Shown piece by piece: positions 39,701 through 51,500 of a stretch of DNA of 64,000 nt. Under the pieces are notes generated by a model. It was not told the origin of the DNA. It did not search any database and saw only the letters and a list, made by a program, of their open reading frames with translations. The stretch's first letter is position 1, and every line of letters begins with the position of its first letter. The position numbers and the translations under genes were made by a program. The stretch is from Eimeria praecox (Eukaryota). Location of the stretch: contig OY986946.1 in NCBI GenBank assembly GCA_963920595.1, forward strand, positions 310,001 to 374,000. Reading direction: 5' to 3'.

Positions 39701-41670
39701 CTCTTCACAAGTCAATGCAGTGCACCCTAACTCTTCAAAATGCCCCCAAGCAAAACACAAAACAGATTCTGTCAATCCGCGTCTCCACATGCAGTAAATA
39801 CGTCGGCCCCATGCATTCACGCTGGCACGCAACGCTGCAAACGGCTGCAGCTTCTAGTGCATGATGCAAACACCCCAATTCCTATGCTTCACGATTGTCT
39901 GCGGTTTCATGCCCTGCGCTCTACACGTCGAGCCATAGACGTACCTCCCATACACTCAGCATCACTGCCGAAACAGGCCCCAAATGGATAACCAGCTGCT
40001 GTACAGCCTACTCTGCACACCCGGAGCTCACTGTCTGGGTGCACCAATGCATAGTCACAACGAAGACGCGCCTACTGCGTGCACCCTTCAGTGACTGCGT
40101 AACAGTGATGCGACCCAGGGAACCTAGACATCATGCCATGCGCGGCCCTGCCCCACCCAAACTGCACACCTCCCCCACACCTCTCCACGCAACTTTGAAT
40201 CCGTGCTATAGCCACGCTCCCCAAAACATCGCACGCCCATTTCGGCACACGCTCGCATCCTACCCTGACCGCCGCCCATGCCCTAGTATCGGCAATAAAG
40301 CAACACGCAAACCTTACAGTCGACGCCGAAGACAAGGCTTTGTGTTTCAGAGCAAGGAAATGCCAACGCACGCAATGGTGTGTTCCCCTTCCTGATGCTA
40401 ACAGGATGTAAAATTCTCACATCGGCTCACAGCGACCTTCCCGACCAAACACCCACGCAACCGTGCATACAAACGGCACGCTTGCAATAGCCATGAACAC
40501 CGACACAAACGCCACCGATACAGCCCCGCCCTCATTACCCATATATGCAGCTGCGCATTCCTAAACCTCCCCGCACACTCAACCCTGCCCCGCCACACAC
40601 CCTAGCATTCACTATAGCTGGCTTCCCCCTTGCAACCTAAACCCCCACACCGACACCCAGAAAGCATGTGCCTCTTCACAAGTCAATGCAGTGCACCCTA
40701 ACTCTTCAAAATGCCCCCAAGCAAAACACAAAACAGATTCTGTCAATCCGCGTCTCCGCATGAAGTAAATACGTCGGCCCCATGCATTCACGCTAGCACG
40801 CAACGCTGCAAACGGCTGCAGCTTCTAGTGCATGATGCAAACACCCCAATTCCTATGCTTCACGATTGTCTGCGGTTTCATGCCCTGCGCTCTACACGTC
40901 GAGCCATAGACGTACCTCCCATACACTCAGCATCACTGCCGAAACAGGCCCCAAATGGATAACCAGCTGCTGCGCAGCCTACTCTCCACACCCGGAGCTC
41001 ACTGTCTGGGTGCACCAATGCATAGTCACAACGAATAAGCGCCTACTGCGTGCACCCTTCAGTGACTGCGTAACAGTGATGCGACCCAGGGAACCTAGAC
41101 ATCATGCCATGCGCGGCCCTGCCCCACCCAAACTGCACACCTCTCCCACACCTCTCCACGCAACTTTGAATCCATGCTATACCCACGCTCCCCAAAACAT
41201 CGCACGCCCATTTCGGCACACGCTCGCATCCTACCCTGACCACCGCCCATGCCCCAGAATCGGCAATAAAGCAGCACGCAAGCCTTACAGTCGACGCCGA
41301 AGACAAGGCTTTGTGTTTCAGAGCAAGGAAATGCCAACGCATGCAATGGTGTGTTCCCCTTCCTGATGCTAACGGGATGTACAATTCCTACATCGGCTCA
41401 CAGCGACCTTCCCGACCAAACACCCACGCAACCGTGCATACAAACGGCACGCTTGCAATAGCCATGAACACCGACACAAACGCCACCGATACAGCCCCGC
41501 CCTCATTACCCATATATGCACCTGCGCATTCCTAAACCTCCCCGCACACTCAACCCTGCACCCCCGCACACCCTATCATTCACTATAGCTGGCTTCCCCC
41601 TTGCAACCTAAACCCCCACACCGACACCCAGAAAGCATGTGCCTCTTCACAAGTCAATGCAGTGCACCCT
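18701..41670 (+). repeat. 971-bp macrosatellite, ~23.8 head-to-tail copies
   Basis: A landmark stop recurs at 19140, 20111, ... 41366 (24 times). Period is 971 except two 918-bp units (53-bp deletion at ~30040 and ~36783) and one 970-bp unit. Units differ by scattered SNPs. The + strand is strongly C/A-rich. Confidence 0.99.
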
Positions 41671-42300
41671 GAAGCTTGAGAATAATCCGGTGGTATCGAT
41701 GACATGCACTATGCTCCGTAAAAGCTAAGCAACCACCCCTGCAAGGAGCAAGCATGGGCGTCCTTGGCAAGTCAATACATTGCAGACTACATCTCGAGAA
41801 TGCCCCTAAGCAAGGCCCGTCATGGCAGACGCTGTCAGTCGGTGCCAGCAGATACAGTCCGTGTCTCTTCCAGTGGCCTTCAAGCTGGCCGTGAGCATTC
41901 GAAAGCCGCAGTGGGTAGTCTCTCACGCCAAAATGAAATGTAGGTGATGTAGGGCCGCCTGTAACTACACGCCCTCGTAGCCTCCGCATCACAGCCAAGA
42001 CGCCGTTAAAGGGTAATGAGCCGCTTTGCAAACGTGTGTCCAAACCAGCAACTCACTGGCTGGATGCAGGATTGCATAGTTGCAAAAGAGGCGTGGCCTC
42101 TGCTTGCATGCAAGATTGAGCAAGTACCACAGCTGCAGCAGTAGCCCTGCCGCCTGGCGTCGACCCAAGGCATTAGGCAGAATGTGCGCTGCTCCGTGGG
42201 CATTGGAAATATTTCTTAATCGCAAAAACAGTACAGCATTACGGAGGATCAGACGCAGCTTCGAAGGAGCTCAGCCAAAGGGTTGTATGCAATATGTGAA
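41671..42300 (+). repeat. Diverged single homolog of the satellite unit
   Basis: CAAGTCAATACATTGCA...AATGCCCCTAAGCAA (~41767-41813) and ACTCACTGGCTGGATGCA..TGCATAGT (42051) match the 971 unit. Minus strand reads ATMQSCIQPVS. Confidence 0.75.
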
Positions 42301-43196
42301 TATCAGAGCTACACGAGTTAACTTGTAAGTTTCCCCTCCTTAGAAAAAACGGGTACTCTGACTGCGAAGCACCAGGACACCCTTCGCATCACAGATATAG
42401 CGGAGTGCAAGCAAACTGCCTCGGCAACAGCGGTGTTCACTGCCATGGCAGCTGCATCGAGACGTTATTTAACCGATTCCTGGGGAAACACTGCCATTTG
42501 ATTTCTCTTTCGCTTCAGCAACAATATGACTACCAAATCCTGCTGATTCGCGAGCTAGGAGTCGTTGGCTCAACTGCATGCCACACAAGTCCCCGTTACG
42601 TATCTGTGCCAGCACCAAAAAGCTCCTGTTTGTATAGTAACGCTACACCGAAGCTATGCACGCGCCGATAGCTGGCCAACAAAGTGTTTGAAGGCAGGGA
42701 AGAAGCGAATAGCGCAGTCACACCGAAGTGAGAGTATACGGGGGTTAGACTGGAACTACACAAAATTGCTTGCTCTACCAGACAGGGCTTGTTTGCTGTG
42801 CATGCCCTATCATTACTTCTCAGCACTAAGGGCGTCCACAGCGTCCTGCTCTAACGCGCTGCCAACCGCTAAAATATGCATCCGTCTCTTAGCTTGGCGG
42901 TCCTCTGATAAGCATGCATGGCGTGTTTGATAAGCGCTGTGCCTACATGCATCACAGCTGTGTCTTGCCGTGTTTGGTAGACTTCAGCATTCCGGAAACG
43001 GTTGTAAAATCATTTTGAAGGGTTAGCGCACTTACAAAATATGCAACATTGATGTCGATATTCCCCCTGCGAGCTTTACATAAGACAATGTCCCATCACA
43101 CCAGAAAGGAACTACAATTCCCTGCTTAATTCACCATAGTTGCAAGTGCATGCCTATACTTGCTTGCAGGTCACCGCCATGGTTGCAAACGCATGT

Positions 43197-46100
43197 CTAT
43201 ACTTGCTTGCACATTAAGTGCGACCAAGAACCCTGTCTTCAACTCGTTTGCAATCACCCAAATTATGGCTTACTGAGTATTCTCAGTAGTTGCAGAATGG
43301 CCGTCAATGGCATTCACATTTCCAACTGCTCTGCCCATTAGCAGCTGTTGCTAAGTGTGTTGCAAATCCATGAATGCCTGCCTGAACTGTGGGCATACGG
43401 TAACCCCCAGTGCGCAGAGCAAGTGCACGCTGCTTTTTTGCGAATCTGTAACTCCCTTGCATTTCTGTGTTGCTCACTATCTGAGCATGCCCGCGCAGAG
43501 TTATTCGAAGGGCAAAGGTACTTTTTGGGCGGTGACATGGTCGGAGGTAGCCATATTACAACGTCCTCGAGGCAGCACACCTAACACAGGTCATACGAGC
43601 CTGCAAAGCCCCTAAGCTCGCCGCAGTAGCCCATCAAGCTGCCGCTTCCACTGATTTCTACCTCAATCCCTCGCACCAACGAATGCACAGACGCAGAGGG
43701 TAAATGCACTGCAAAGCGTTTGCATACACACGAGGAAGGCCATTGTCGAAGATGACGACGTCCCACCGAGGTTTTCAGGGAGCGTGTATGTGAACGGCCT
43801 GTGGATCATCATTTATCTCCTCCAGGCATGGGAAGGCGGGGCAGCTGCCTTTGTAATCCTGCCATGCGGTTGCGAAGCCAGTAACGATGCAATGCTGCTA
43901 GGCATGAATTATTGGGTGGCAAGTACGCCTCGGCAGATCCCGCATAATCAGGGCCTCGCCTACACATCAGAGGGGACGTCTGTCAGCGCGATGCCCTAGC
44001 ACAGTTTGCTTACTGTCGCGCCGCTACCACCTTCTTGCCCTCCAGCCGTGTCTTGCCGTCAGGAGGGCCTGTAGGCACACAAGCCGCATATCACTCTCAG
44101 CACTCTATAGAGCTCCAGCCAGGTCACTGCGTCAATTTTGCATTCTCGTTTTCATCATCTCTCCACTTAGACAAGCAACTGCAGACGTACATCCTGGAGA
44201 GTACCATTGGGGTTGCACACCACATAGTCGAGCAATAACGTACATCTGCGTGCAATCATAGCCACGGACATCTTCGTTACAAACGCCTATCAAGATGCGT
44301 GCCCACCTCGGCACGGCGTCTAGCTCACTCCCTTTGCGCCAGGATGCATATGCAGCATCTATACAACGACTTGAGTTTGCCGGCGTAAAACTGTCGCTTA
44401 TTGTTCCACCTGACGGCAGCTAACAGATTCATACCTCGATGCTGTGTTGCTTACAACCTGTATGAAATGTCATATGTGCATAGCAGGGGGTTCTCTTTTG
44501 AACATGCCGCTGGGCTCCTCAATTGGGACATTGTAATGTTCCCAACCCCAGCCATTTCGGGATTCCCTAGAGAAGCCATTCCGATGGATCACCCACGCCG
44601 TGATCGACTCAAGGTATGAGAGCTCTTAACTCATTCGCTTTAGCTACGTACGCGCAAAGGAATTAACGGTTGGTTCTATAGCACCATTAGTGGCGAGCAG
44701 GTTTCGGAATCGCCGTGTGCCAAGAATCTTACTCCAGCTGCGCCGTACTGGCATGTTCGTAGCCCCGCAGAAGAATGGGTTTCCTCTTGTTTACTACAAT
44801 GCATCCAAACCTGCGTGGTACTTCGAGCCTGTCCGCCACTCGTTTCCCACCCCTCACCCCCTTTACGGGGTGAAACTGGAATGCCAGCACGTTGTGAAGG
44901 ACCTATCGTGCATCAGGAGCTATAGAAGAGCTTCCGATGGCTTCATATCAAACTACTGCCTGGAGGCTGTGCGATAGAACACGAACGCACGCTCTGCGGC
45001 TCACGTGCATCAATTCCAACAGACGAAGCGCTGCTGGCCATCGCAAAGGTTTTGCTCACTGCTGAACTTGCCCGTCGGCGTTGGTATAGCTCACCACAAC
45101 GCATTTATTCAGGTCGATTGCTCACTTGCTGAGCAAAGCAGCAAAAATATAACTCTGGCCGTTGTTTCGCTTTCAAATATGCACCATGCATACGCTTTCC
45201 GTATGTACCAAATGACGAGCATCCCAAGCACTATGTTGGGCTTGAGCGCAGCTCCGGCTTAATTGTGTGCTGAACCTGCGAACAAGCGCTTGTAATTGGA
45301 GACACGAAACAAACACTACTTCGTTGGAGAGCCTACTACAGACCCGTAATATATAATCTATCAACGTTCGCTCATCGTTTCACGCACAGACTGATTTACG
45401 AAAGTGCATGAGGACAGTCAGTTTTTCTGTCTGCTCCATCTAGGGTGTGACTCAACATCCCCGTCTAAAAGTTGATGGATCAACCAAAATACGGTGTCGC
45501 ATTCGTGAGTCATGCTGACTTATGCCTGAACCAGTAATGTCGCATGTATTAGGCCTCGCTATCGCATAAAATGGAAGCCTGAAGCAGAGGCATGCGCAAG
45601 GTGCAGTCTGCAGCGTACCTTCCACCTACACGCAGTCCGCATCCACCGATCGCAGCAGAAAGCAGGCCGGATAATTTTGAAGTTTGATCGCGTGACTCGT
45701 GATTTGATGGCACAATTCATCCATGCACACACAGACTTACTCTCTGTATACCACCGTCCGATTCCACACCTGAACAGCCTAATGCCCCCCATGCAAAGCA
45801 TCTCTACCATTTAAATGGCCATTTTCATCTTACGAGCAGCTCTGCAAGTACGTCCTTCGCTGCACACGCGGCTCACTTTCTGTGCCGTGATATGCAGGCA
45901 CGAACGATCAAAAAACTTCACTGCAGCATTTGACATGCCACTTTACATTGTTTTGCTAAACCCTTGCCATGCAGCTACGCCACTCTCTGAATCAACCACT
46001 TGCGTATTGGCTGAGTAGAGCAATGAACTACTGCTGAAAAAGCACAGCGTGTGCGCCTTGCAGGTAGCCGAAGTAAGGGTGCTGCATCCACGTTTTGCAG

Positions 46101-47505
46101 GATGCTGCCCACAGTCAAGAATTGCCCTACACACTCCATAGGTTCTAAGCACTCAGCCATAAGCTTTGACTGTTGATCGAAGTAAGCTGAATCTATAGTC
46201 ACTTTGATCATTCGATGGGGAAGGAAACCCATCATGCATGCGCATTGTAAGCGTATCCCTGCGCCAAAACGGCACTGGGCATTTAAAGGCAAAGGGCCAA
46301 GCTTGTTGCCGATGCATGCGGCCACTAAAACAGGTGCACTTCGGTTACGCAAGGAACCGCCTTGCACGCGATTTCTGTAGGCCGTGCTCGCATTTTATTG
46401 GGTCCGCAAAAGCACGCAACAAGACGCACACATTACTTACGAAGGTCTGACTAGACTGCATTTGCGCCTAGGGGTATTTATCAAGGCTACGTGCAGCTAA
46501 CGCATATTCTGCACGCTCCATGCACTTCCTCCAAGAAGTGCGTTAGGGTACAGCGTTCACGCACCCGTGCCTCTGACCACTACCTGCACCTCAACCATCG
46601 CTTCGGCGGCAGACACGCCATAACCGCCCCACCAGCAAGCATGCGCCGTACACGCTTTCAGCCAGAGTTGAGGCAATGGCACGAGGTATTGGGCTCTATC
46701 ACCACAGCCTGCTCAAGTTCCTTCCTCTATTTGGCCCTTTAGCTTCACGCCGCCAATACTCGATACGCTGCACACCGCCTAACGGTCACAATCGCTTGTT
46801 TACACCTCGTGATGCACGCACGAAGATAACTGTACAAGCATCTCGCCTTGGATGCAACCCCGCATAAAGCAGAAATTTCTGGGATGGCTGCCGCAGCGCC
46901 AGTACCACTGATCCTTCAAAGCGGCTACTGCGCAACTCCGCCAGTCTCTGTCAAGGCGTTTTGCATACTGGCTGTACCCAGCAACAACTGCGCGAAGTGT
47001 CAACGAGCATTCACAAAACTGCAATTCTTTCATAAACGCTCCGGCGGGCACTGGCAAGAGTTTTTCGCGGCCCAAACAGCACGTTTCCTCGCAGCTCCAC
47101 ACGTATATCTAAATAAGTGCAGCCAGAGCGTTGCATCCAAATTTCATAGTCCGCCAACGAACGTGCGGGCTTCCGTCCTCTCAGCCAAAAGTACACACAA
47201 CGGAGGAGAACAGATGGAGAGCAGCTTGCTTCCATCCACTACTGAATCCCGGCGTATATTTCATACAGCTGGCAACCCTTGGCAGGCACAACAGCGCTTC
47301 GGCTGAAGCCCAAAAGGCGCAGAGCGCCTGTCAGCGCTGCCCAAGCGCCAGGAAATGGCACCACCATCGCTCTGGTCATATCGCCCGAACAGCTATGCAT
47401 GCTCCCAATATAGCATCAAGCTTTCTGCGGCTCCTGAGCCCGTCGCAGGCACCCCTGACACATCGTCCCTCACTACATAAATCCGCGCGAATGCATTGTT
47501 ACCCC
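43197..47505 (+). repeat. ~4.3-kb segmental direct duplication, copy 2
   Basis: See copy 1. Family motifs at 45120, 46002 and 46963. Confidence 0.97.
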
Positions 47506-48440
47506 TCCCCGCATCCTCTAACCTACCCCACCGCAACCCGCGTCATCTGTCACCCCCGTGAAACCTGAACAGCCACGCAACAAGTTGCAAGCATGTGCGT
47601 CTTTCACGGCTCAATGCAATGCAACCTAAGTACAAGTGTTGCCCCCAAGCAAAACCCAAAGCTATCTCTGGCATTCGACGCCACCGGACGCGGTAGCCAT
47701 ATCTGCCCCGTGCGTTCACGTTTGCATGATGGCTTCTAAACAACGAAACGAATAGGGCGAGAGCCTATAGATCAAACAGGACTGCCTTCGGCTTCATGCG
47801 CTATAGTGCGCTTGTCGAGTCGTAGACGCAACTGCCACCACCTCAGCATCACTGCCTAAACATGCCCAAGATGACTAATGAGCACCGCTTCCTTACTGGC
47901 TGGAAGCACCAACGCAGAGTCATAACGAAGGCCTGCCTACTGCATGCATCCTAGACGGACCGCGACCGGCGCTCCAACTCGTCAAACTAAGGCATCGCAT
48001 GTTACAGGCTTTTGAGAGGCCCAAGCTCCACTAGTATATTGCAGCTCTCCATGCGGCTTTGATTTCACGTAATCTCAATGCTTTCTAAGGCGCCGCATGC
48101 CCTACGGGACACTTGCTTGTATCGAACCATCAGCCAATCAGGAGCATATAATGCAGGCCAGAAAGCAATAGGTAAATCACGGAGCAGGAGGCTTGGTCAT
48201 GCAATTGCGTTTGAACACACATCAGATGGCAGCACGCGCAAGTGCATGTACGCGTTTTTAAAGCTAACGACACGAGCTGTGGTTGCCTAGGCCATGTTCT
48301 GCTCCCCCAGCAACACAGCAATGCATCCTCCCAATACGTTGTCTTGCATGATACTGCCACTCACGACGTGGCACCTCCCACCGGTACACCTGCCCCCACT
48401 CCACAAAGCTGCCCACGCTCATTGTCGCTACCCCCCGGCA
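47506..48440 (+). repeat. Unamplified diverged homolog of the 971-bp unit
   Basis: Shared collinear words AGCATGTGC.TCTT, TCAATGCA.TGCA.CCTAA, GCCCCCAAGCAAAAC, CGGCTTCATGC, CTCAGCATCACTGCC and CCTTACTGGCTGGA (47891). Minus strand reads AFVMTLRWCFQPV. Confidence 0.85.
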
Positions 48441-48516
48441 CACGCATCTTAGTCTCACACTTCCGCATACACCCTAAAGCGTCTTGCCACAGAGTGAATC
48501 TTGCGCTTCAGCACCC

Positions 48517-51500
48517 GCCACAACCTGCATATTCTGATATCTTCTCCAGAACATCCAAAATCTGCCATTTCTTAGTCCCACACCTCTGCATACACCCTAA
48601 AGTGTCCTGCCACGGAGTGAGTCTTGCGCTTCATCCGTCGCCTTCATTGGAGCTTCTACAAACGCATCAGCATAATACCAGCCTCTGTATCCTAAACACG
48701 TAATAAAAAACCCACCCTCAGCATCCACGGTGGTTCCCCGAAAGCGACAAGCGAGGCGGCATGTGCTGCTCCCGTATACCTCACCACTTCTGCTAGCGAA
48801 CTATGTTGCTTTCACATAGCCTGAACTGGCCCGTCCAACAAGGCCACGGTCGAGACGCGCTCATGCCAAGAATCAAATGCCGACAATGCACCATTGCCTA
48901 CAACCATATGAACTGCACTCAGCAGGTCGAACCACGGACGCACCTGCCCTCACCTCACTATCATTGCCTAAACATCAACAAGCTGCCTAATACGCAGTGC
49001 TCAGAGCCTCTGCCCACAGAGCCAGCCTACCGACTGCATCCAACATTGCGTTGTCACAACGACGACGCGCTTCTTGTGCGCGTCCTCAAGAACATGTGAT
49101 ACTTGCACAAAACCTCGCAGTGCTCAAACACCTGCGTGTCAGCCTCGCATGCTCTCCCTACTCGTCCTCACTACAAGCTGCATGAATCCTGCGCAGCTCC
49201 ACATATAGCTAAAATCCCGCAGCCTAAGCCGCGTCCGCGACTTGCACTGCCCAACTCAGAACTTGCTGAACCCGAGCCATACACAGAAATACACTTGCAC
49301 AAAAGGCACAAACAATGCTGATAGGCTCGCCAAGAATCATAGGAAGACCTTGTACATTACCCAGAAAGCAAGAGCCCAACCTTGCTGCAGGAAAAAAATG
49401 GGCCTCCCAATATATCATTGCAACATACGGTCTGTGGCAGCGCATGCAAAACGCTCATCGGCTTTTGTATGTAAAGGACAGCACATGGAAGAGCTACAGC
49501 TAATCGATTGAAACCTTGCAAAACCCAGCATTTGCAGACCCAACTTAGATGCGCCTCCGCGTTGACCGCCGCCATTTGCTATGGCTCTAAACACCTTAGC
49601 AGCCACAACCGGCATATTCTGATATCTTCTCCAGAACATCCAAAATCTGCCATTTCTTAGTCCCACACCTCTGCATACACCCTAAAGTGTCCTGCCACGG
49701 AGTGAGTCTTGCGCTTCATCCGTCGCCTTCATTGGAGCTTCTACAAACGCATCAGCATAATACCAGCCTCTGTATCCTAAACACGTAATAAAAAACCCAC
49801 CCTCAGCATCCACGGTGGTTCCCCGAAAGCGACAAGCGAGGCGACATGTGCTGCTCCCGTATACCTCACCACTTCTGCTAGCGAACTATGTTGCCTTCAC
49901 ATAGCCTGAACTGGCCCGTCCAACAAGGCCACGGTCGAGACGCGCTCATGCCAAGAATCAAATGCCGACAATGCACCATTGCCTACAACCATATGAACTG
50001 CACTCAGCAGGTCGAACCACGGACGCACCTGCCCTCACCTCACTATCATTGCCTAAACATCAACAAGCTGCCTAATACGCAGTGCTCAGAGCCTCTGCCC
50101 ACAGAGCCAGCCTACCGACTGCATCCAACATTGCGTTGTCACAACGACGACGCGCTTCTTGTGCGCGTCCTCAAGAACATGCGATACTTGCACAAAACCT
50201 CGCAGTGCTCAAACACCTGCGTGTCAGCCTCGCATGCTCTCCCTACTCGTCCTCACTACAAGCTGCATGAATCCTGCGCAGCTCCACATATAGCTAAAAT
50301 CCCGCAGCCTAAGCCGCGTCCGCGACTTGCACTGCCCAACTCAGAACTTGCTGAACCCGAGCCATACACAGAAATACACTTGCACAAAAGGCACAAACAA
50401 TGCTGATAGGCTCGCCAAGAATCATAGGAAGACCTTGTACATTACCCAGAAAGCAAGAGCCCAACCTTGCTGCAGGAAAAAAATGGGCCTCCCAATATAT
50501 CATTGCAACATACGGTCTGTGGCAGCGCATGCAAAACGCTCATCGGCTTTTGTATGTAAAGGACAGCACATGGAAGAGCTACAGCTAATCGATTGAAACC
50601 TTGCAAAACCCAGCATTTGCAGACCCAACTTAGATGCGCCTCCGCGTTGACCGCCGCCATTTGCTATGGCTCTAAACACCTTAGCAGCCACAACCGGCAT
50701 ATTCTGATATCTTCTCCAGAACATCCAAAATCTGCCATTTCTTAGTCCCACACCTCTGCATACACCCTAAAGTGTCCTGCCACGGAGTGAGTCTTGCGCT
50801 TCATCCGTCGCCTTCATTGGAGCTTCTACAAACGCATCAGCATAATACCAGCCTCTGTATCCTAAACACGTAATAAAAAACCCACCCTCAGCATCCACGG
50901 TGGTTCCCCGAAAGCGACAAGCGAGGCGACATGTGCTGCTCCCGTATACCTCACCACTTCTGCTAGCGAACTATGTTGCTTTCACATAGCCTGAACTGGC
51001 CCGTCCAACAAGGCCACGGTCGAGACGCGCTCATGCCAAGAATCAAATGCCGACAATGCACCATTGCCTACAACCATATGAACTGCACTCAGCAGGTCGA
51101 ACCACGGACGCACCTGCCCTCACCTCACTATCATTGCCTAAACATCAACAAGCTGCCTAATACGCAGTGCTCAGAGCCTCTGCCCACAGAGCCAGCCTAC
51201 CGACTGCATCCAACATTGCGTTGTCACAACGACGACGCGCTTCTTGTGCGCGTCCTCAAGAACATGTGATACTTGCACAAAACCTCGCAGTGCTCAAACA
51301 CCTGCGTGTCAGCCTCGCATGCTCTCCCTACTCGTCCTCACTACAAGCTGCATGAATCCTGCGCAGCTCCACATATAGCTAAAATCCCGCAGCCTAAGCC
51401 GCGTCCGCGACTTGCACTGCCCAACTCAGAACTTGCTGAACCCGAGCCATACACAGAAATACACTTGCACAAAAGGCACAAACAATGCTGATAGGCTCGC

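Noticed and set aside
18670..41366. 166-aa plus-strand ORF repeated in almost every 971 unit
   Set aside because: It mostly starts at TTG, the T-poor strand is depleted of stops, and copies are near-identical so persistence is uninformative. The long ORF in the paralogous 1085 unit uses a different frame over the homologous segment (CIVTTKTRLL vs RCHNDDALL).
14363..47505. 4.3-kb direct repeats as LTRs of a giant element
   Set aside because: No TG...CA termini, PBS/PPT or target-site duplication seen. The ends fade into older homology, and the interior is satellite rather than gag-pol.
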